Assembly: GCA_000708835.1 (NCBI GenBank)
Contig: DF237008.1
Span: 1 to 64,000 of the forward strand
Direction: 5' to 3'
Length of the DNA stretch: 64,000 nucleotides
Source of the DNA: Klebsormidium nitens
Taxonomy: Eukaryota; Plantae; Klebsormidiophyceae
Position 1 is the first letter of the stretch, and each line of letters starts with the position of its first letter. Made by a program: the position numbers and the translations under genes. Under the pieces are notes generated by a model. That model was given only the letters and a program-made list of their open reading frames with translations, had not been told where the DNA came from and made no database searches. Positions 1-11,852 of this stretch are shown here, one piece after another.

Positions 1-662
1 AGGGGTGCAGAGAGCTTGAGAGGCAGACGAAGAAACTGCAGGGGAAAGACGACGGACGTCTCAAAGTCAAACCAAACTTCAGTCTCAACTTCTCAAGATT
101 AGGTGGCATTGTAGGTAGAATCTGAGCTGCTGAATGAGTAGCATGTCCTTTGCACCTGGGTACGTCTTTTCGTCTTTTCTAGCAAGCACAGACGTCCCCA
201 TTGGTCCCCCAATGGTTTGAGTCTTGACCGCCCTCTGTCAGCTGAATGTTGCAGCTATCATGCAGACTAGATCAGAGCATGTTCTGCAGGTCCTGCACAT
301 GCACTGCAAGTTTAGGGAGCAGTGCAGAGTGAGATCACTTTGCTGACAATCACTCATGAAGGTGTTGTAGGCAGGTACAGTATATAACTCAAGTGGATTG
401 AATGGCCGCATTTGTTGAAAGACATTCAACGCACTTGGTCCAAGTTCAATCATACGAGCGGTAGAGGGCGCAGTGATACAGCTGCATTGCCCAACTCTTC
501 TGCACCCAAACAATAGAGGCAGCTGCCACTTGTTTGTTAGCTCCCAACAACTTCTGCCTGGGGCTGGATGACCTTCTGCCCAGATTCATGCGACCAGCAA
601 TCCACCACAACTGAACATTGTCTGAACAGGGGAGCTCTTCCCAGAGTCAGTCTCTGGCCAAC

Positions 663-2006
663 ATGATGGCCCCAGCTAAGCGCCGCGCGAAACGGCCAAC
701 CCTCATTCCAACGCTCCTCCTGGAGTTCCTCGCAGGCGCATTCGTACTTTGTTTCTATTTCCTCTACCGCCGCTACCACAATGCAGTTGGCGTAACCCCC
801 AAAAACTCCCTGAGGCAATCCTGCCAGTTTACAAAGTGGGTTAACCCTGCGGTAGAGCCCCCGGAGGAGGAGATTGGGGACAGGTGGGCATGCCCCTCGG
901 AGCGCTTCTGCCAGGTGGCGCTCCGCGATTCGTGCCTGCAGCGGCGGCCGCCGGCAGGGCCGGACTCGCGGATGTATCAGCACGACTTTCAGCTGCTGGT
1001 GGCGAGCGTTGCGCAAGCGGAGCAATGCGGGGCGACTGCGGGGAAGTTCTCAGATCACTACAAGGGCTGCCGGCGTTTTGGGTTAAATGCAAACCTCAAA
1101 TTTGAGGACGGGGGTGTGACCCCGGGGGGGCGGGTGGAGTCAAAGCCGACGATCCTGATCAACTGTATGGACATGATGTGCGATAACTGGTTCCAAGCGG
1201 TTGCATATGTGGCGTATCCGACAGCAGCGCTCATGGATCAACTGGGTCTGCAAGAGCTGCGAGGGTTTGCGCTTCGGATCCTGATGGATAAGAACAAGGG
1301 GCGGGAGCTTCTAGTTGGGTTGATGGAGACTTTCAAACCAGACGAGGTCATCTTCTCAGCGATGAATATGCAGGAAAGCCAGGACCTTGGGTGCTACAGT
1401 CGTGCTTACTTCATGGGGTATGACTCGCACCCGTTCCACTGCGACCTTAATCGGAAGGTTGGCATTAACCCAACGTTGGTCCGGATGTCACGATTGATGA
1501 TGTCAAGCATGGGTTTTGTGGCCCCTCCTGCGCTGAAGAGGGACGTGTCCGTTGTGCATGCCAAGCGCACGGGGGTGCGGCGAATCCTCAACCCCACCGA
1601 AGTAGAGGCGGAGTTTCGGCGGCCAATCCGTTATGTTGAAGAGAAAGAGGGGGCGGATTGGAAGGACTATTTCCGGAAAACGATCCAGACGCACCGGGAG
1701 GCATCGGTGCTGTTTGGGGTCCAGGGCGCGGGGCTCACGAACCTGCTGTTTTTACCCCCCGGGGCGGTGGTGATCGAAGTCGGGAATGATGGGTTCGTGT
1801 TCCATGCGTTCAGAAACATGGCGGTGCAGAGCGGGCACTATTACATGTTGATAGAAGTCAGTAAAGAAGCCAATGATAGCGCGGTGGTGCTGCCCGCGAG
1901 CGGGAGCGCTCAAGCAGCTGATCTGTGGGTGCATCCGAAGGAGGTGAGGCGGGCAATGGACACGGCAGAGCAGCTGCTGCAATTGCCCCGAGACGTTGTT
2001 AGCTAG
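663..2006 (+). CDS. Glycosyltransferase family 61 (DUF563)-like, type II membrane protein, single exon (~447 aa)
   Basis: Uninterrupted ORF (first ATG at 663, TAG at 2004-2006). N-terminal hydrophobic anchor LLLEFLAGAFVLCFYFLY. C-terminal GT61 signature VLFGVQGAGLTNLLFLPPGAVVIEV...FRNMAVQSGHYY (canonical form xHGAGLTN). Confidence 0.8.
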   Translation: MMAPAKRRAKRPTLIPTLLLEFLAGAFVLCFYFLYRRYHNAVGVTPKNSLRQSCQFTKWVNPAVEPPEEEIGDRWACPSERFCQVALRDSCLQRRPPAGPDSRMYQHDFQLLVASVAQAEQCGATAGKFSDHYKGCRRFGLNANLKFEDGGVTPGGRVESKPTILINCMDMMCDNWFQAVAYVAYPTAALMDQLGLQELRGFALRILMDKNKGRELLVGLMETFKPDEVIFSAMNMQESQDLGCYSRAYFMGYDSHPFHCDLNRKVGINPTLVRMSRLMMSSMGFVAPPALKRDVSVVHAKRTGVRRILNPTEVEAEFRRPIRYVEEKEGADWKDYFRKTIQTHREASVLFGVQGAGLTNLLFLPPGAVVIEVGNDGFVFHAFRNMAVQSGHYYMLIEVSKEANDSAVVLPASGSAQAADLWVHPKEVRRAMDTAEQLLQLPRDVVS

Positions 2007-2973
2007 CCTAACACGCAGGTACCTTAGATCCGACTACGTTTTGGCTTCCCATGCAATAGTGTCTCTCGACAGCGTAGAGTTGACACTGCGGTTGCATGAA
2101 CGATTTTGCTCCCTATTTGAACGGTTCCAGTATTGGAAGTCCAGGCAGCATGCATGTAAGCTGTCCCAAGGTTCATTCCCGGTCGCGGGCTTACCTTCGT
2201 CTTGTGTGGACTCGTTGCGAGCCATCAAGGACTGCAGGATCATTGCTGCCCACTGTATCGGTCGTATAATCTGCAAAATCCGGCAGTCATTGCTTAAGTA
2301 CGTGTTGCTGCATCCGTCTCTACGTCAGATATCCAACGGGAGCTTGGACATGATGCTATATAAGCCCCCGGCGGCTTGAAGTGTTTAGGCGGCCGCCCGG
2401 CCCTATATACGTACCTAATAATAGAACCCCTTGGTTGACGTGTGTGCATCATTGCCTGCATCACGCCGGATTAAAGTACTAGCTTCATGCCTGGACTCCC
2501 GTCAATTCGGTGCACATGCTGCAGCTCTGGTCGGCCGCGGATATATCTCTGAATCTTCACAAGGCATTCGAATCCCCCTCAGTTGCATCCTTACCGGCCC
2601 AGGTCCGCTTTTAGTGAAGGATATCGCTACGTTGCCGATCGGTTATTGCCGCAGAATACCAACGTTTTGACGGCATCAGAGCAACTTTGATCATAAGTGA
2701 ACAAAGAAGGCATGCGCTTCATGACCACACGCGGCTGACTCATGTAAAGCTACCCAGAATATCTCCTGAGGACCAGATGCCTTTGCCGCGCTTCAGTGCA
2801 ACGGCCAAAACGGTAAGTGGGTGTTACTCACTCGTTGGATTCGAATCAGGGAATATTGATGGCAGTTTCAGTGCGTTCGCCTAGATAAGTATAAACCTTC
2901 AGCAACTTTACTTCCTCCTCAAAAGCATATTCGAGAGATCGACTAACTAGTAAGAATTTTGTGCGATTCAACA

Positions 2974-5900
2974 TTAAAGCGTTAGTACTTTGTCTGCCGT
3001 GTTATACGTCCAGGCCACCAACGCCCAAACGAGCAACCCGATAATCCACCATACGGACTTGAAAGGCGAACTGTGTATATTCAACGGGTGGGCTTGACCT
3101 ACTGTTCGATGGTCGAGGACACTGGGGTGAATCCTTGCCAGGTGCCTGCACAAGACGGCGAAGTTGCTGTTCAGATTTGGTCACGTGCTCTGGAAAGAAA
3201 AGTCTTCATCCGAACAAAGTAAGTCTAGAATCTCTTTGTTTGGAAGGCGTCCTGGATCCGGACGAGACACATCGGGACTGCAATCGTAGAGTTGCCAAGC
3301 ACAGGCCCATAAGCTGTTAAACCTTCCTTGCAGAACTTATTGTAGAGAATTGCACCTTTGAAGCGCGGATGCCTCCAGCGCGTCATTGGACAAAGCCAAG
3401 AACCCTGTTGCAGGCCTTGAAGGAGATGAGCCACGACTCAGAGGAAGGAGAAATGCACTCCCTTACTCTCTTGAGCAGTAGACGAGGCACGCCGGAATGA
3501 CGCTCATGACGGCAACCCCTGCGTATGCGCCCGTGACCCCAACCAGCGAGTCCAGTTGGAGGTGCGAGTGCTGCAGGAGAGACGAAACGCTCAGTACCGA
3601 GAAGTGCAGGGCGTTACACGACAAGAACAGAGACGAGTCGGGGACTGCCTGGCTGAAAGACGACCCGAGCTACGGACTCGACAGATGCACCGTCTCGGAC
3701 TTGAAGAAGATTCGTTACTTGTCCGAATCACAGGGCAGTCCCATCCGATTAGAAAAGCGCCCCCCCGGGGTTAACAGGACACCGAGGCAGACCGATGTAT
3801 GTCAGAAAGGACGTGGGATGAGGGGCATCTGTAGCTGCCAGTTGACGTTTTGAATCTTTGGCTCAACCCTTTAAGGTGACTGTTAAAACAGTGAGCGGGA
3901 CAGCTTCGATGCTTTCCAGACGCAATCGTCTTCTGGTGGTCTTAATTGGGCCAAAAGTTAGAGTGATTATGCGCTTTTCCAATCCGAGCAATGGGTACCC
4001 TTGCGAGACCTATGCCCCATCCCATTGGTCTTCACTTCTACCCTATCTGAGAGGCTGCTTCCATTGATGAATGGCTTTACAACGGCGGCCCTTACGAGAG
4101 TGCGTCGTCACCATATGCTGCTAACCGAACTCAAGAAAAGGTGGACCAGTAACTCGACAAACGAGACTCCTGCCAGGCAAAAGAACCTCAAAGAATCACA
4201 ACCAAAGAATGGAGAACGAACAACTCGATGAACCAGAATCCTGCAAGGCAAAAGGACCTCAGTAAGCCAAAGCGGTCTCTGGTTAGCGGTCTGTACCTCG
4301 GCAATGACAGAAAGGACAATGGGCGGCAGAGTGGCAGCCATCGTAAGCGCGACCCGCCGCGCCGGAATGCGATCGATGGCCTGCGGATCCGGGACGGCCT
4401 CGCCTTCGCCCTCGCCCTCTCCTTCGCTTTTCAGCTTTCGTGGGTGCAGATGGGGGGCCGGCGTTACTGCAGAGCAAAATATGTCATCGTTATTATCCGA
4501 TGAAGAGAAAAAACCCGGGTCGTGTTGTTTCGGTTTGGTTGAGAGGCCCTTAACCCATGTACTTTAGGAGACGTGATCCGTGAGCAGTCAGTGTTCACCA
4601 CCCTCTGGAAAAAGACGCTCAGGACGCCCTTAATCACCTCATCAACCAAGTGGGCTGCTCTGCAGGCTTTCATTTCCTGTGATTGGGCTAAGTTTGCAAC
4701 TCAAACTACTCTCCAGCGCTCTTTCACCCCAATTCATAGAGTCGCAAACTTCCCACCGGTCGTTAACCCCAATTCAAAGCATCTGATTTGCAACATAGAG
4801 GTGCGCTTCTCCCTCTACTCCTCGGCCCCGCTTCTTTTACCTTTTTGAGTCTTTCGTTGTTTTTCCCCGCTTTCTCTGTGGGTTTTACTATCTTGTCGTC
4901 TTGGTGGGCGCGGATTGGGGGCCGGTGTTACTATATGGAGACAAAGATGGACGTTGAGGGCTTTGGAAGCGCGAAGCATTGGAAAAGGCTATCTCGAAGG
5001 CGAGGAAAGTAGGGCGCATCACGAGGGCTGGGTCCAACGCTTTTCAGCTTTCACGGGGGCAGGTGCAAAGCAGACAACTGAGGCAAATTGGTATTGAGCA
5101 GGTGTGGACGCAAGGCGCCAAAGCGCAGGCTCTCCAAAGGATCGCGCACCAGCGCATGATTTGCTTGCCTAAGGGGTAGTATGGTAGTAAGGGTAGTCGA
5201 AAGCAGAATTGTGCTAAGTGCCAAAAAACGCTCCACGGAATTGACAACCGATGTCTCATCAGCCTGAATATTCTTCCAGCGGGCTTTTGAAAGCACCTGA
5301 AAGCTCGTCTGAGTGCATTCGTTCCGTTCCAGCTCATTCGGAGGATCTCAAAGTTGCCACCACCTTTATCTGTTGGGAACGGAGATGGAGGGGAGAAAGG
5401 GCTCACATCGGGAAGATATGAGGCTAGCGAAGATGTCCAAGTTGTTCCGCAGCGTGATACCAATGATTGGGAAACTTGACGACAGCGTGAAGACTGCATC
5501 GAGAAGAAAGATGATGTCAACCTGTGATTGACGGTGATAGGAGCGCACGCAACGATCAATGCACTCCGATCAAAGAACTCCATGGCAAGAGGCTAGCTGG
5601 CCGTAGTACATTGCGTTCGACCAAGATCCAGCGGGCAGAGAGAAAGAGAGCGCGTCAGGAACCACATTCGAATCACCTCGCCTCGATTCTAAGCAAGGTA
5701 GCTGGGGAAGCAAGTAATAAATCAGAAGCAGCGTCTCACTGCAGCAGGTATACCTTCATGGGTTGTTGTTGATAGGAATCTACAGTTGCGGTCTGTGCTT
5801 GACTGAAACGATATGATTTACCCCCATCGGTATACAACGACGACCAAGATTGTGGAGTGACTAACTACCTGCATCGGTGAACAAGCATGCTTTTCTCTAT

Positions 5901-8900
5901 GAAGCCGTTTCTAGCACGTACCTTTAAGCGCTAAGCCTTGCCACTACGAATCCAGTGAACGACAATGAGCGGACTCTAGGACCCCTGACTCCTGAAACGC
6001 TAAAACGTAAAACCCAACTTCAAAAACCCAGAATCGTAAGTCACCTGGGAAGAGCAGCAGGAAGTCGCCGACCACGCCGTACTTCTCGGGGGGGAAGTTG
6101 AAGGTGATGGGGTCGCGCACATTGATGCCGTATGCGAGGCAGGTCGACACGAACAGGCAGACGTAGAGGAGCAGGATCGCGACGAAGGCGGTCGTGACGA
6201 GCTTCGTCACCTTGGCCTTGTTCTTGATGGGCGTGATGATGCTAGGCAAACTGCGGAAGAGAAGAGGAGAAGGTGGGGGTTTATAGAGGGGGGGGAGGGC
6301 AGGACTTGAGATAAGAGTTTGTGGGAAGGGGGTCGTGACGAGCTCCGTCACCTTGGCCTCGTGCTCGATGGGGGTGTTTGGAGGAGGGGGAAGGCGGAAG
6401 GAGGGGTGAAAGCGATGGCGAAGCTCGCCCCCTCTTCCTTTATCCCAGCTACAGATTTGTGCACATGGGCCACCTCTTTCAACAAGTGGATCAAGGGTTT
6501 TACTGAACACGCAAATGTGTTGGTTTCGACTACTTTAGAATGAGGATCACTAAACGAAGTGGTCCTCATATATCGCCTCGAAGGAGACGACATGTTGAAA
6601 CAAAGATGTAGAAACCAAAAAAAACTGGTGTTCCAAACTACCTAAAAGCTCGATCTGCTACAGATGAAACCGCGAGCCTCGGGATGCTCACCTGTGGTGG
6701 CACATGAAGGCGTAGACGGCGCCTCCAAACAGGTTCGGCAGAGCTCTGCACGATGACATGCAAAGCATAAGCAGAATGACCCTCACTATCGAGGATGACA
6801 ACTGCATGCAAACCTGCGTCTACCGAGCCGTGTCAAACGCCACTTTTCGGGTTTCTTTGCTCGGCACACAACTACAAGCGCTGTTTTGAGATGAAGGAAA
6901 AAAGAAGCAAATAAAGCTGGCAGACTAGAGCGCTATATGAAATCTGAAAAGGCAGGAAAAGCAACAAGGGCTTGGAAGAAGTAGTTGGGCGCTGCATGAA
7001 ATAGCCGGACTTTACCTGAGGCTGGCGCCCGGAATGAACTTGGTATGAGGTCCCCTCTGGATGACTAGCCTCGATGACAACATAATCATACTGCACGAGA
7101 TGGAAAAAAGAGGCAAATCAATTGACTGAGCTGCAGAGACTCATTCTTTGCTTGACGACGTTCTCACAGAGTACACGTCGCTGCAGAAGCTTGTGGCACA
7201 CTGATCGCTCATTCTGCTGGATGCATCTGAGGATATTTTACAGTCGGCCTGCGACGTCATGCTGAAAAAGTCAGAGCAACAGAGGACGTTCTTTTACAAG
7301 GATTCGGTCTTCAAAGACTTTACTCAAGCCACGAGGGGAGATTCTAGATCTGGACACAGAGCTGCGCTTGACTTGAATCCGATGTGCACCTTCTGAACGT
7401 GGACTCCTCGTGTGGAATATCTGCTAGATATTTTCGTCCGAGTGAGGAAGTTACGAATCAAGTTAGGAAGCGAGAAGGACCCTTTTGAAAACATGGGTGA
7501 GAGAATATGAGAGGCTCACATTAACAACGCAGCATTTCGTATAATCTGCACAGGAAAACGCCGGGCTGGGTTCAATCGTAAATGCACTTGCTTAGGGATT
7601 GCCAAGAAACGTTGCAACTTGCAGGGAAACGTCAAACGACGCTTCCTTTTCATTCAAACTGCTTTTGCAAATCGTAGTACTGAGAGCATGTCTCATGGGC
7701 TGACATATTGTTCCAATTTTCCGAAAGACGATTAACGACGTCGAGACAAGGAAGCTTGTACTCTGCCTCCAATCAAGCAACAATTACAAGAATAGGAGCT
7801 GGACCTCAGGTCTTCACGCACACACGGTCGGTTTGCTGTGTCTCTACGGATCGCCATATGAGACTCGCTCTGAATCATTTCACTTGATGATTAGAACCAC
7901 AAGTTGCTGGATGGTATATGCATATACCCAAGCTCACAATGGTGGAGATCTGCAGAAGCTTCGTCTTCTGGAGGTCGAAGAAACTGCACGCAAAGAGTAT
8001 TTATGAGTCCAGACCTTCAATTTCGGACCAGTAAGAGTGCCGATAAGTTCATCAATTCTGCTGACAGGAAAGCCAACCAACCTGCTGAGAAGAGAAAGCA
8101 GTCAAGCATTCGGTAAAAACCAAAGAGGGATATACTCACCAGAAGGGCACGATGATGACGACAAAAACGAAGAGGAAGACGTCGAAGGCGTAGGCGGGTG
8201 CGTTCTCCCCATAGATGAACAGCACCATGGACTTGGGGACGACCGTCGAGTAGATGGTGAGGTCACCAAACAAGTAAATCTGCAGAGGGTGAGGGCGATC
8301 TGGAATACTGCGGGTGTGATTTCTGAGATCTTATCTAGTTTTCTTTCGACCTCAGGGGAAGCTTTTGAAGCCAGAAGATCCGGAGCATCTCAGCAGGTTA
8401 TCAACGAAAGTCGAGAGTAGTTGCAAGACCGACTACTCACGCTGCTGGTTCAACAGCAGATCGACGCCCCCCACAGAAGAGGTCTGGTCGTACTTAGAAC
8501 CAGAAAGGTGAGGGGCGTGTCAGGAAGACGAGCATACTTTTGCGTTCTAGCATATTGTTGACATATGGAAAAGGGTTGAAATTATATCAAAGTTCATTGG
8601 GCGTATTGTGGACAACTTTGAAACAGGCTGCACATATAAATTGGCGAAAGACAGGACTTCCCAATAATCAGCAGAAATGAAAGTGCTCGAGAAAGTAGTA
8701 ATCACTTCAATTTCGAAGATGGGAAAGGTGGCCAATGCTCACAATAAGGGCTGCGTAGAAGAGCGTCCGACCCGTCAAGTTGAAGAAAACGTCCTGTATG
8801 AGAAAAAGGTTGGGTTCATGAGGCCAATAATTTGGCACAGCGTTTTGCTTGCAACCATGACAGTTTGAATTGAAGGCAATCTTCGGAAGGATGTCAACGT

Positions 8901-10812
8901 ACCAACCGGATACGTCACCTTGGCAGGCTTCAGAATTTGAACACGAGGCTTCCTGCTGACGTACAGGCACTGGAAAGCGATCTCGCCGGACGGTAATTCA
9001 GGCAAAGAACAATGTTCGAACATGGCACGACAGACATTCACAGATTGTGTCTGCGGGTCCGCCCATAGGACTCTCGATGAAGGGCTGGCTCTTGCTTACC
9101 GCCATTTGGCCCATCTCTGTGCGGAGGACAATCATGAATGGCTGGTTCTTGCCCTCTTCCTCCAGGAGCGGAGAGTCCTCCACCTCCCCATGCCCCGTCA
9201 GCGCCTGCGTCTACAGGAAGGGCCGTCATTACAAGGGTTAATGAGATCTTGAAATACAAGTTTTGACCTTTCAGAAGATACTCTATGACCATCGAAGAGC
9301 GACAAGAAACTACGTTGCAGGACCCCACTAGAACTGGAGCCAATCAACAAGAGCTTGCAAGTTGTTAAGCCTCCCTAGAGTGCTCACTTGAGTGTCACAA
9401 TGCAATTTCTGGTTGTCATCAAATTATTCATTCCCCAGAAGTCCGCATATTGCTCCAATTTGATCCAGAGTCATGGCCTCTCTTGGATCAGCCTTGAGCA
9501 AACCATGGAAAGACCGAGGCCGTCACAAACTGTCAAAGAAGAGTTAATTCACAGACAGCAAATGATCAAAAGGATAGTTGAGCAATTGAAAAACGCTCAC
9601 CTTCCGCTTGAAGTACAGGACCGCATTCGTAGCTGCCATCGTCTCAATGATGAACGTTACTCCAATATAACTGTAAGAGAAAAATATGTGTGCTTTTGTA
9701 TTTTGAGACTCCACCCAGATAAGTTGGAAGGGCTCCAAGATGCGGCCATGTGTTTCAGATTAGCTTACACTTTCATAAAAGACTTGAAGGAAACCGGACA
9801 ATGACGTTGTAAACTGAACTCACCTTAAGAAAGCCACGATGACCATGAATGATGTTCCAAGAATCTGCAGAAGAACCAGCTCTGGATCATCGTAATGCCC
9901 TGTTACTAGAGTGTGAACCAGGTGAGTCGTTTCTCAAGGACAGAAGTTTGTCCTTGAAAAGTATGCAGCAAAACTATTCCGCAGCATCTGTGGAGGGGCA
10001 TATTTCATATTGAGGGCTCCGACGAAGGTTTTGATGATGTTACAACTATGGTTTGGATTTGGATGACCATTCACCCGGTTCACAATCTGCAGGCGATCGA
10101 GCATGCATGAAGCGGGCCTTGCAGCAGAGAGTGCCAGACGAGCTGTGACTACGAGGGTGGTTGCTCCTCACCCATCCACCCCTGATCAAGACAGAAGGCA
10201 ACGCCAACACGCCTGGTGAGAAAGAAAGGAAGGGTTTTGTACATCATACAGCAGAAATTGCTGCCATTTAGCAGGTGACAATCTAGCACCAGCAAACACA
10301 GACGTTGAGCTCAGCCTTAGCAAGCTGACAACCGATAATACTAAGCCAATTCCCCTAACTGTCAGGTAATTCAATGCTGTAGCATAGACCAGGGGCAAAA
10401 GGAAATGACGTACCTGTCCCAACCACCAGGTTGAAGAGGTACCTACACCAGAAGGCCATATACGCTAGGTAAGTGCTGGCAGGAGCACAGGACAACATTG
10501 GCTTATGGACCTAGAACGTCAGAAACCCTAATATCACAGGCTTGTCTTAGGTGACCGCATCTTGAAAATAGAGAGACATCAGTGCTTCCTTCAACGCCAA
10601 CAATCCTTCATGATGTTCAGCTGTCCATTCTGATATGCTTTCTTCAGCACATAATTATGCACCATTCATTGCTTGTGAATGCAAATGCACTAAAGGTCTA
10701 AAAAATAGGTTTGGATAGTCAGAGCACTGGTCAGATCAAGAAGAGGATGTTCTCACATGAAGGCAGTCAAAGGTCCATAGGTCGCCCCGCCCGCTGAATG
10801 TCCCCCCGCCAT
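2974..10812 (-). CDS. TMEM104: TMEM104-like amino-acid transporter-family membrane protein, 17 exons, ~490 aa
   Basis: Phase-consistent GT-AG exons: 10757-10812, 10414-10442, 10172-10212, 9824-9864, 9601-9670, 9100-9204, 8743-8793, 8140-8279, 7938-7983, 7520-7545, 7016-7090, 6692-6745, 6045-6250, 5407-5493, 4297-4466, 3467-3570, 2974-3145 (1473 nt). Motifs match TMEM104: YLFNLVVGTG, FIIETMAATNA, RTEMGQMA, IYLFGDLTIY, FFDLQKTKLLQ, LFGGAVYAFMCHHSLPSIITP, FPVFTLSSSFPIIGITLRNN, LVGVTGAYAG, HSSPFKSVWW. Confidence 0.87.
6328..6380 (-). repeat. TMEM104 intron: copy of the 5' part of exon 6045-6250
   Basis: Copy translates NTPIEHEAKVTELVTTP versus exon ITPIKNKAKVTKLVTTA. Confidence 0.85.
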
Positions 10813-11852
10813 TAGGAGCGACTCGCTGGACTGCTTTGACTTCTTAAAGTAGCTGATCAGCTGGAGAGAGATCAACCCGAGGGGCTGTCGCCTCAGAACT
10901 TTTGCTGATTTGCATATGGCATAGACAACCGTTGAACACAGGACGCGTGGAGCAACCCAGCTGCGCCGAGTCATAGGAGTTGCGGTACGTCTTGTCGACA
11001 GCTACCGTCCACAATTTCTCGAGATGTATCACACGGCTCACGGAAATAGCCGTCAGGATTGCCATGGATCGTGATTCATGGAGCCTGAGAGCAACCTGTG
11101 GAGGGGCGGCCACCAAACTCCACAATTTACCACCATCTTGCAAGCATCATGCTCAGCCTCAGCCTCAGGCTCAGCACTGCCAGTGCAGGTCAATTCTGTT
11201 CTCAACAATGCACATAGTTTCTTGAGCGAACTAGAGGCGGAGAACGCCTTGGTAATCAAGGGCGAATTCCAATTTTAAAGCTCACTGAAACTTACCGTAC
11301 TACAAATAGTAAGTATAAGGTCCTTGGCTAAGCCAGACTTTCGACAAATTCCGATCGTCTATTAGAAATATTCGGTATCTTCTAAGTCGTCTAAGTCGTC
11401 GATTTCCCTCATCCTTGCGCGGCGATATGTAAGGAGACTGCCAGCTGGCATGGCGGGGCATAGCTGTAACTTTCCTGCTTTTTTGAAGAAGAGAAATGGC
11501 GGCTTGGCACTGGGCCTTCACTTCCGAAGTTGGTGCAGGCGCCGTTGCAAAAAGCTGGTGATGAGATGCTGCTTTAAAGAGTGAATGCCAGCTAAAAAGG
11601 GTGCAGAGCTTGTGATTGCGCTGATGACTGCAAATCTCCATTTTATGTGTAGCTCAGCCTCCGAGTCCGCCTGTGGTATTCCAGCGGGAGACACCTAGAA
11701 TGTAAGAGCATTTAAGGAATTTGAGTTCATGGGAAGCTCAAGCAGGCATCCTGGCAAAACATCAGGAAGAATCGACTGATCATCCGTGCTTACTTGCATT
11801 GAAAGACGGCAGGGTGTGTTGGAGGAGGGAGACGCATACAACCATGCCAGGA

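Noticed and set aside
3497-3853. Plus-strand ORFs with Cys clusters suggesting a retroelement zinc knuckle
   Set aside because: Explained as antisense of TMEM104 exon 3467-3570; no RT, integrase or LTR seen anywhere in the window.
9388-9804. 138-aa plus-strand ORF with an HPD motif (LRLHPDKL), suggesting a J-domain
   Set aside because: Antisense to a well-supported TMEM104 exon; no other J-domain helix pattern.
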